DNA of 41,249 nt, taken from NCBI GenBank assembly GCA_030141605.1, contig JAQGDQ010001435.1, positions 1-41,249 of the forward strand, in the 5' to 3' direction. This stretch comes from Tubiluchus corallicola (taxonomy: Eukaryota > Animalia > Priapulida). The translations under genes and the position numbers were made by a program. The notes under the pieces are model-generated. The model searched no databases. It saw only the letters and a program-made list of their open reading frames with translations, and had not been told where the DNA came from. The stretch's first letter is position 1, and each line of letters opens with the position of its first letter. Positions 9,991-20,310 of the stretch are shown piece by piece.

Positions 9991-12777
9991 CATTTTATAT
10001 TTTATTGTGCATTCGCGATATTCGTGACATAAAAGTCCCCACTTCTATGAACTGAGGAGTTTTAGGCACTTGGCTAATGATCGCAGCATTTTTTAAGATT
10101 TTTTTCTGCATGACTTAAGCAAAAGCAGCAACTAAATTATTTTTAAAAGTGAATAATTGAAATACAGTTTTGGTAGTACCTATACTCTGACGTGATTTGC
10201 CTTGTTTGTGTGCTACTTTGATCGATAAATAGAGACTAATTTCTGTGAAGTGCAGAACTTACATTTGAAACAGGTACAAGACAGCCTATTCTGGGATGTA
10301 ATAACGGCAAATGGGTGAAGCAAAGGCAAAGGCTGAACTACACCGACTTTCCTTTTTATCAACCATTTCGGAAATGTCTGAAGAATAAGTGAACATTGGG
10401 TTGATCAGTGTCTGACAGGATGTATTACACGGTCGTTCTTATGTAGGATTACAAAGTTACGCCATAAAATTTGTCAGACTTACGATTTTTAGTAAAATGT
10501 TTCGTAAAGTTTTGTAAGATAGTACCATTTGCCACTTTTTTGTTACAAACTTTGTAAGTTTTTGTTGAGTAAAATTGTTTTTACGGGTATACTTATGAAA
10601 TCAGTGATAAATCAGGCTTCAGGAATTGTTATTTCTAGATAAATTTAACGTAAAGACTCGCAAGGTCAAGGTTAAGGAATGTATGACAACCAAAAATTAT
10701 GGTGACTATTAATGAAATAAGGAACTATCATTGTTTTGAGTGGAGTGGTTCTTTTAAGAGGAATGGCGATGATTGGTGGCACGGTGTTGTTTGGCATCGA
10801 GTCCCACATTGAACAGTCTCTCTTATCTTTTCATTTGCATGGTTATGCTTATTTCGCCATTAGCCATAATGAGTGCATGTACATGTGATAATTTAAATAA
10901 TAAGCAGTTACTAAAGTTTAATCCAAAGAAAATAACAGTTTGTTAATTAGTATGTGGATGTTTATTAATAACATTACTATAGATCATTTTTGGTGGTCTT
11001 GATAAGTCACAAACGTTTCTTGGTCCCCCAGAATGTTAAATGTTTATTGTTTTATTGTTAAAAATTTAAATGATAAATTTGTTATAAACCCTTGTTTTCT
11101 GGCTATGTATCAATTACTTTAATACTTTAGATAAATTCTTTTGAGTTTTGAAATTTTGAATTTTTTGTTAACATTTTCAACACATGGTAGTGCGACAAAA
11201 TTGAGCAAACCCGGCCAGGTTGAAATATCATAGAAAATTTCAATAAAAACAAAAAAATCTTAATCCCTGAAATAAGGAGTAACCTTATAAACACGTTTGT
11301 TAATTATCTCGTATACAAAACATTCACATATTTACTAACATACAATATTTCACATAGCATCTGCACTACATATATATATATATATAATATACATTCATGA
11401 AATTACGTAACATACATTATACTACATTACATTGTATATGACTTAAGAAGACAAACATTTTCCAAGATTTTAGATAACTATGCGATAATAGCTTGATTGT
11501 GATATCATAATTATGTAATTTTTAAACTATTTTAACTAGGTCAGTGGCGAGGTACTGAATATCATAAATGTATGACTTGTTTTCACGTAGAGTTGTTTCC
11601 AAATTTCTTGTTAACGGTAATTTGTTTTCAATTGTACGTTCTGTTTTAAATTGATATTATGAATGGAACGATAAAGGATTGTTTGTAAACTGAATGCTCA
11701 GTTTATTGACACATTTATAGAGAAATATCAGTGTTTTGTAATTTCAATTGGATAATATTATAATATTTGGTATTTTTGTAGACGTTCTTGATTTTGTTGC
11801 AGAAGCAGTTGTTTAGCAGATTTGTGAAAATAGCCATCTATTAATCTAAGTGAGTAATTTTGCATTGCATTTAATTTTATAAAGTTTTCTCTTTTAACAT
11901 TTGGAGTATGTAGCCCTAAATAATGTTGCAGTTTGCAGATGCGAATTTTCTTGGTTAACTGGCCTCTGACTTAACTAGCTATTTCTAGGATTTTAACGTA
12001 AATTTTACCCCTTGCTTTTTACAACACTTTGTACACATTTGTTTCAAATTAATTAAGCTAAAATTAGCGATTTGTTCCAAACCATTACAGTTCATTTTTC
12101 AGAGAGGCAAATTAACAACGATAAAGAGCAGCAAAATCGCAGTCTTAAAATTAGTATACCACGCGGTAGTTTAGTAATGATAGTACAGCGTTACAGAAAT
12201 TTCGCATCCATTTGTATTATTATTATTAATTTATGAAAAGAGTGACAGAGCATAAGCGATTTATTGTGGCAAATTTAGAAGTAGTCGCGTTACCGCAAAC
12301 CTAATCTGCAGCCTAGGATTATTGATTCTTTAGAAGGCTACTAAAACTCGGAAATTATTCATAAACCATCACAGTCGCAGAATAATAAGACCGCTGCTGC
12401 TTCGTGATGTAGGCTACACACGTTATTATAGAAATTTGCACTTTGATATCAATGCTGCATTGCGCATTACATTGACAGCAGAGGAATGTGAAAAGAAGTA
12501 ATTATATGCAATTAGAGGTATATATTGTTATTATTATTATTTACAAGCTACACTTCTTAGTCAGTCAGTCAATAATTCGGTTGGTAGGTCGGCGGTCAAT
12601 CAGTCAGTCAGATTGCCAACCAGCAGCCTTCTTCTCATGTCACTAAACGTATATATTCTGGCCGATGTGCGCTGAAGCATATAGCAGGCAGAGGCCGGGT
12701 GAATGTTTTAATACGATTTAATTTCAACCTTTTTCGTTGGCTGTAAATTTTAAACCATTACTAGATCCCCACGTTCT

Positions 12778-13145
12778 TGCGAGTATACTTTAAGGTTTCA
12801 TTCCGTCACAGAGTCCACATAACGTTAATACTGAGGTGTAACTGTGTGGCTAGGCATCTGCCAGGGTTTTCAGTAATTCATCTATTACCCTGTCAAGAGA
12901 TAATTGTGCTGAAATCTGTATGTTCACACTTGCTTTCACTCAGGAATCTAGTTTGAGCCAAATGTGGACGAGAAAGATGGAAATTAATTGTACGGATGGT
13001 GTTCATAAAGCTCCTGTAGGCCTGCCTATAGTTTTCCTTTTAAGATTCGACGAGCCATTTCCAAAATACGCCAGAATGTATTCTTTGTGTCGACATGATT
13101 TTTTTGTAAAGAACGTGTTACATGTATACATTTTAAAAGGCTTTG
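12778..13145 (+). mobile_element. hAT (Charlie/Buster-type) transposase relic
   Basis: EST-NVNTEV*L (12811; ~DESTD.S..AQL), AEIC..F..E..L..W, then CTDGVHKAPVG (12989; ~TDGA..M.G), then MYSLCRHDFFVK (~HC..HR..L..K). Confidence 0.5.
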
Positions 13146-13289
13146 CGCGGTTTAGGTTTTTGCTATAGCTTCATGTTACTATGCATCAGCGTCCGTTTTA
13201 CTATTTAATTATCAAAAAAAAGTTTGAGCATATTTCTCTTGCCCAAAGTTATACTCATAACACTATAGAACTATAGAAAGCAAAGCCAC

Positions 13290-13620
13290 ATGGCTCATAT
13301 TTGTGTACGCTATTTGTTATGATGTGCATGTTGCAAAAACCATGATCAATAATTATCAATGTCACTAGAGAAACTCTCAGGTGATTTTCGCACCTGCTTT
13401 GTCCACCAAGTGGTACAGCATCGAGAACGTATATTCTACTGGGAATATACTATGCTAAATCCATCCATCAATCGCTCAGCGACCACTAATATACTCTTAC
13501 GGACAATATGTGATAGCGATTAAGCGTTTTGTTTTGTGCCAGAAGCATCCAGGTAAAGGCATCCGAAAAACTTTCCTTGGACATTACGAAAATTAGATTG
13601 GGCAGATCTTGTAATGCTTA
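13290..13620 (+). mobile_element. LINE APE endonuclease relic
   Basis: LIFVYA; LSGDF (13374-13388); KWYSIEN...GNIL; CDSD* (~SDH, 13509); PWTLRKLDWADL (~WN.KKADW). Motif order is correct. Confidence 0.5.
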
Positions 13621-13794
13621 GTATATAAAACACGGTTTCTGAGCAATTTAATGATTATTTGATCGATTTTAATCAAAGCGTATAAAAGAAAACAAATAGT
13701 TAGTGGATTTTAAATAATGCCGAGTTCATTTTAGACAATCCGCAAAACTGTAAAATGAGGTACTTTGCACAATGTGCATGTGTGCTTGCAAGTG

Positions 13795-13802
13795 CTCTCT
13801 CT

Positions 13803-13860
<58 letters not shown>

Positions 13861-13947
13861 TTCTGTCTCACTCTTACTCTCTCTTTCTTTCTCTCTCTCT
13901 CTCTCTGTCTCTCTCTCTCTCTTTCTTTCTCTCTCTCTCTCCCCCCC

Positions 13948-13991
<44 letters not shown>

Positions 13992-13992
13992 T
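13795..13992 (+). repeat. (CT)n / (GA)n microsatellite, ~200 bp, interrupted
   Basis: Read directly from the sequence. It explains the five overlapping low-complexity ORFs. Confidence 0.98.
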
Positions 13993-14079
13993 ATGTCGAT
14001 CACTCTCAGTTACTCTAAAAATGGCCAAACAGAAACTAATTAAACTGAGTGTTATTATAACGAATTCACCATCGACAAC

Positions 14080-14400
14080 GTTGTAATCGCATATAAACAG
14101 TAACGTCGGAAATAAAACGTAGCTACGTACATGAACGAATGATTAAAAAGCATCGCACATTTTACAGAAGTTGAATTCAACATGCTGTCCTCAATTTCCG
14201 CGATAATTTTGTTTTCCATTTTGATTTCGCAGAATTTCCAATTCAGTAAAGTAAGAACTGTCATATTGACGTGTGATGTATGCGTTAAAATTGATTTTAT
14301 GTCAAATGCAGGCCCTAATTTATGCGACAAAATTTATGGAAAAAATGAATCGGCCCGAGATCTTAAATTGTGTGTAACGTTTATGACAAAAACCTGCAAT
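14080..14400 (-). mobile_element. hAT (ZMYM1-like / DUF4371-type) transposase relic
   Basis: SGRFIFSINFVA (~GNF..LL.F.A), THTSHVNM (~YTS..IQNE), NKIIAEIEDSMLNS (~I..EIK...FS). Confidence 0.4.
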
Positions 14401-14789
14401 CTGAGATGCTGTTAAAAGTATGGCGATCTTTCCACGGCTTTGTTTATCGGAGATCTTTAATTGAAGCGCCGTCTTGTGCAGATAAAAATAATTTTAAGTG
14501 ATATGCACTGTTTCTGTCAGACGATACAATGACTGTACTTAGCCTGTTCTCAGTTTTTCCTCTTTGCTTCGTTGTTTGCAAGCGGTTGGCCGGTTGCATA
14601 GCCAGTATCAAAAATAAGTTGCAAAAGATGAAGTATGCAGCTTAGAATTAATTAGATTAGATTTTAAACTACATATAAAAATAAGCCATGAATAAATGGA
14701 AAACAAATTTACAGCAAGTGTGACGAGTGACCATACAGTCTCCTAGTCAGCCATTTCTTAGAACGAAAAAAAAACAATTCAAAGCAAGG

Positions 14790-14889
14790 GCAGGAGCAAA
14801 AGCAGCAGGAGTAAGAGCAACAACAACAAAGCAGCAATTACAACAACGACGACAACAACAACAACAGCAACAACAAAAATCAACAACAA
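14790..14889 (+). repeat. Degenerate (CAA/CAG)n trinucleotide repeat followed by an A-rich tract
   Basis: Read directly: CAACAACAA..., GCAGCA. Confidence 0.9.
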
Positions 14890-15479
14890 TTGAATCTTCC
14901 AGTAATCTAGATTAAAGGCAAATAACAGACGAAGAACAATTTTCAATGATTGAGCATAAGTAAAAGAAACAAAATGAAAAAACGATAAACAAATTAGAAA
15001 CAAACAACAACTAAAATATAAAAGGCGGATAAAGAAAATGGCAAAAAGTAAAAATTCCAGAAATCTAGGTTAGAGAAACGGCTCAAATAACAGGCAAAGA
15101 ATGTAAGACTAAAGACATATTAAAGTTTTAATTGATGTTACACTGAGCATAAGTGAACATAACACAGGAGGCACAAAATCCATGCAGAATATAAATTATG
15201 ATTAACTTTAGTCAATTTAACCACTTTCCAGAAAATTAATTGAGTTTTGCTCTATCACCTGGCGTAGATCTGTTCATTTTTATCATTAATGATTTGATAA
15301 AGGGTGAGTTGTTAAAATTTAATAAATGTCATGCTTTGAAGAAGCCGCTGGCTAAAAAATCAATGAAGGAAGCCAAAAATTTTGGCATTACTTACATTAA
15401 CTTTTTCGCTGCACTTCCTGTCCTTGTTAAACTGTTCTCACATCAACTGACTCGCAAGAACATGCTTGGCTTCTTTTGC

Positions 15480-16140
15480 CATCGTTTATACAGCTAATTT
15501 TATCTTCTGAGAGTTATTCAACGTTTCTAATTACCAGATTTGCCACTCTGAACGTTTTCAACACAAAATATGTCTATGTCAGTATATATTATTTTCGAAA
15601 CGGGTTAGTTTTTCAGGCGGTTACTTAACTGAAGTCCTAATCCTGGAGTTGCCGGAATGTTAAGTTCGTTGTTTTTTTGTGTCAAGAAGATGTTTAGAGC
15701 TTTAACAATGTTTTCAGGCAAGTCAGTGTCAAGGTGTTCCGAATTTGCGTTTGTAGTGTGCTGGGAATTCCTTCTAGGACTTGTAACTTTGGTGTTTGAG
15801 AGTGGAAAAATTGACGTCACTGCGACTTTTGTGTTGTTCGTTACTACTCGGAATCCGATGGTATGGTTTGCATTCTAGAGGAAATTTATTGTTACCCAAG
15901 TCTTGGCATCACATTCTCGCAGACATGTAAATTGTAACGGGAAAAACAATGGTCTTTTGCATCAACTTTGGAAGTGAATGCCCTATTGACACCGAATCTG
16001 TCTTTTCACATTGGCACCATTTGCTCAAGGAGTTTACTCACGTTCATTCACGCGGAGATGCTTACTCAGACGTTTTCACTCAAACACATAGTTCACTGTT
16101 TCAAGTGAGCTTGTATTTTCTACACAAATGCTTTGTTCAT
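15480..16140 (-). mobile_element. LINE relic: ORF1 zinc-knuckle region and start of the APE domain
   Basis: RCQ*GIHFQS*CKRP...REC...INFL*NANHTIGFR resembles a triple CCHC knuckle. It is followed by an S/T/N/P-rich tail and LNI....GL....RLKN...DIDIFCVE (~APE N-terminus, IDI.C.QET). Confidence 0.45.
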
Positions 16141-17664
16141 GTCTGAGAAATTTATGTTAAACGATTACCTAAACCTTACCGAAACGGTCTGCTACCGTGG
16201 GTTTACTTAATCTTATTCACCCTGAGACGGTTTGTTAAACAGGAATCCTATACTAACGTATATTCCTGAGATTCCATTGAAACTAAGATTCAAACTAATG
16301 TGGTTTGTTTTTACTCATACCCTGCACACATACTGCTGCATAGAGAGGTGGAACGTGTGAGAATTGTGATTAAACTTTATATAATTTGCATTTTTCTATT
16401 TTAATGGAAGCCATTTATCAAAATTTACTGTTAAAAACGACTACGACGACGGCTGTGGCGACGACAAACATGCAGTGCGGCTAGGTCGTTTAGGACTAGG
16501 TCAGGACAGGAAATTTCTCTTTGTGGCATTCTACATTTAGTGCAGCGATTAGTGACGAGTGATCAGAAGATCCAGCTGTTCAGAACTTCTTTTTCAAGTT
16601 GGGTGCTAGTGATGATGGGAGAGGTAAAGAATAGCTGCAAAACGTGCTCGCTAACTTACCAAAATGGTTGCCGGCTAGCTATGATTTATCGGATTTGACG
16701 TTACTACGATGTTTTTGCGAGCGCCCCTGACTGAGTGCTTTTGCGATTTTCTGCATGAGAGACATCAAGAGGACGGATGTATTACCTGTAGGATTAAATT
16801 ATAGCGAAATAAGTTAAGAATCCTTGTCAGAACGTTTTTCAATATTAAAGGCAGGCAGCAGCTGCTGGTATAGGGTTTGTCAGTTTATGCACGCAAATCA
16901 TTGTGGGCAAAACATTTTTAGGTCATTATCGATTTCATAATATATAGGTTGCTGAATTTCAGTTGAACAATAAGCTTTATTGTAACTGCCATTAGAATTA
17001 CTATAAAGAGCGTAAATGAGCCACAGAAAGTTGTAATGTAGCTTCGTAATAGTTGTCTTGTAGAATTCGTGCACATGGCTTCTAAAATAATGTTTCTTAT
17101 GAAAATATAAATGTTATAATGCTAGGCAATGATTTATTGACAAGGGTGGACTGAGCCAAATAATTAAAGAAGAAACTGGCTTACGATAATACACAGCTGT
17201 TAGTTTTAAATGAGTAAAAAATAAATAAAAAGAGGAGATTAATAATAGTTTCAGCAAGCTTAAATAGAATCTAACCAAATCACTAGGCCTAAGAACATGA
17301 GTGTCTATGTTACAGGCAATGTTTGAAATCGGCTATTCTGTAGAATACCTAGGCATTTCATAGAGTGCGAAAACAAACCAAGTAAAGTGTCTGAAATAAT
17401 TCCGTATACACTTTTCCTGAGCACTATATATAACGCAAAAGTTTGTCTAGTCAAAATGTGTAAGTCCTAGATTTTGAATATACTCTTCCTATACATGTTA
17501 CAGAATGGCAATTTTATATTAGGGTATGTGAGAATTTGAATTCGGTTTTACTAAATATTTATTATTTAGATGCAGATCATCAGCTGATGTATTTGTAGTA
17601 TACAGATTCCAAATACATAAAGTGCGTAACTAATTAAATTTACACAATTTTTGAAACAATTATA

Positions 17665-17860
17665 ATTTATTGGCAAGCATTTCCGTTTGGAATTGCTCTA
17701 AACTTTTACTGCAGCAATGTCTTTTTCAGCTAGAATCATAGCCAAACAATTTATTAGAGAGAGCTGATTGGATGTTTAATGGTAAAAACGATTGGAAACA
17801 TTTGGTTCAGATATTGACTCATGTAGAAATGAACGCGCTTCAGAAAATAAAAGTAAACTT
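17665..17860 (+). mobile_element. TTF-type zinc finger relic of a hAT (ZMYM1-like) transposase
   Basis: YWQAFP...FYCSNVFF, then NGKNDWKHLVQILTHVE (~GF.DWK....L..HE.S). Confidence 0.4.
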
Positions 17861-19265
17861 ACAAAATTAATGCTAGATAATAGAATGAATAGATGACTGA
17901 AACGCAGAATAATAAATTTTTTTATATTATACTGGATCATTGATTAGTATATTGATTCACATTTTGATATGTCTAATTTGATGTGTCTTATGCGCCTTCA
18001 TTGTACATATGTGGTTGTGATAATATTGCCATGGTATATGTTATTGTATGCTAGTGCTGAATGAGTAATACAACATTATATGACAGATATGACATAACAT
18101 AAGATATTGTAATATAATACTGAATAACTAGTCATTAATTGTATGCGATCTACTTTCGACTGATTTGTTAACCCAACTTTTATTCGCCTAATTTTTAATT
18201 ACATTTTATAATTTGTTTCTGTCTTGAAAGGTTTCACCAATTTACGTTATTGGAAACTAGAGTTCTTGTATTCAAATTAATTTACAGGGCTAATCACAAA
18301 AGTGTCATTATCGCGATATGTATTTTTTTATTAAAGTACAGATAAGAAACAGAAACCAACAAAAATCATAATAAAAACAAGTCTTAAGTTCAAAAATTGG
18401 TGGAAAGGAGAAGGCTAGTTGTTCACTCACTATAAATAAAGCACTAAAATTTTTACATTGGAATATCAGTTTCCCCCAAAACGTGCTTGCTTGTTTGTCA
18501 AACAGTGGTAGTCGAGCTCCAATGTCGTTCGCTTTCTCAATTCGCTTTCTAATAACGACACCAAGCGAAAATCAGACTTTAGTTTTGACATGATTAATAT
18601 CATTTGCAGCTGTTGTGAATATATATTGCAAATTAAACTTATCCGACTTTTACGTGTTGTGTTAGAGACGTTGCACCGTTGCATCAAAGTCATTGGCAGT
18701 CAGCGAAGGAAGCGTTCTGTAAAGAGGTTAGGATAATCGTACATCTTGCGACTACAGCTTTCTTTTAAGACGAAATATTGCATAGGTATACATATATTTC
18801 AAATTTTTTGTGCTGCATATGCGAGACCGAAAATAACTTAGTGTTTATCATTCATTAGTATTATATTAGCGGTGTAAGTATCTAATAAATATATAGTTAC
18901 AGATACTTATACAGCTTTATATGTAATCAAATTGACTATAATCAGGATGAAGATTCTGGAATTGCGTCATTAATCTTGGGGAAGGGCAACATGCTGGAAT
19001 ATTTTACAATGTGGCCCCTTTTATTAGAGAAGAGTCATTTGCTGGAATGTTAAGTTTGTTAAGTATTGAAATAAGATGTTAGTTTCTCGCTGGACTATTT
19101 CGGAATGTTCGAGAAAATGCTCCTCATAAGACGGCCGTGTAGCCTATTCAAGTGTATTTTCTAATAGCAGTTATAATTATTAATAGCACTGTTGTGTCGG
19201 CGTAGTTGTAATAAGCTGCTGTTACAGTGGTGAAGACAGAAGGATACATCTTGGACTTTGTATAG

Positions 19266-19454
19266 AGGAAAGCTGTCATCTGGCTGGCAGATACCTCTGC
19301 ACAGGAAGCGGTACTGCCGACGACTGAGCAGACAAGTTGTGGCTTCAACAACTACTGCAATAACATTTTAAATAAATTTGGTAATGGAACCTTAGCATTA
19401 ATGAGACACCTTGTTGCTGCTTGTGTTATTTCTGTTTTGCTTTGTTGTTTATAG
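19266..19454 (+). mobile_element. BED zinc-finger relic (hAT-type)
   Basis: Single open frame RKAVIW...EQTSCGFNNYCNNILNKFGNGTLALMRHLVAAC matches the BED pattern VW...C..C..L....GT..L.RHL. The first Cys is displaced and there is no upstream ATG. Confidence 0.45.
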
Positions 19455-20169
19455 ACATTTATGTAGCAAAGTGTGCAACTAGTTTGGAGCTTATCGCGTG
19501 ATTGAATTAAGTGGGCAAGAAATTTAGTACTTGTTCAACTATTTATCATGCATTTGAAGTTTTTGGTGTATTTAAAGCTTTATTAAGGAAGAATGAGCTG
19601 AAACAACTAGATGTGGTAATACCTGAGCATTTATAGGGAATTTACGAAATAGAAAAACGAAAAGGAAGTATGGATATAGAGCAAATAGTGCATAACTTAC
19701 AAACCTATGGATCGAAAGAGATGGAAAGTACTTGAGGAAGTTGGAATTAAAACAGGAAGGACAGAAAGAAAGATAAAATAGAGGGATACATAAAATAAAA
19801 ATAAAATAGCAGGTCAATTCGTAAAAATTCGGGTGACAAATGTTGAGAACAGAGCGGCAAAGAGGTGAATGCATGCGGGAGAATTATAATAAGTTTGATG
19901 TTGGAAGAAGGAAAACGACCAATTATCAGAAGACTAATCAGCAGAATATGCATACTTTTGTTGTGCGACCCATTTGAATAAATCATTAACCACTATATTA
20001 ATCTGAATCCGTTAAACTAAGTCCATTTATACAGATCTGCTAGAATAGTAGGTATAATGACTACAGTTTATACGCTTAGCTAAAATATTATACAAATTAT
20101 TGCCACACATACTACACGTACAATGTCGTACAATTGATTTATATTATTACGGCACTCTCCTAAATGCCC

Positions 20170-20310
20170 ACAGATTTTCCACTTTCCAGTTTTCTGATGT
20201 CCTGAATCGAAAAATAATCCCTTAATGAGACGATTAGAACAAAAGATGTGTCACTTGACACTTAATGGTTGCGAAGCAGCAGCTGAAGGCGTGAACCGGA
20301 AAGACAGTTC
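20170..20310 (-). mobile_element. Possible DIRS/Ngaro-type tyrosine recombinase C-terminal relic
   Basis: SG/HAFS..FAT (~GHSFR.GAAT), then KGL..SIQDIRKL/TGKWK (~G....I..LGRW.S), with frameshifts. Confidence 0.3.

Noticed and set aside
13726-14086. ER/RE- and LS-rich ORFs
   Set aside because: Translation artefacts of the (CT)n microsatellite.
14727-15003. PolyQ and polyV/L ORFs
   Set aside because: Products of the CAA/CAG repeat, with no splice or domain support.
16541-16623. Possible plus-strand exon (TAG|...GAG|GTAAAG)
   Set aside because: Moderate signals only and an unrecognisable peptide. Expected by chance in 41 kb.
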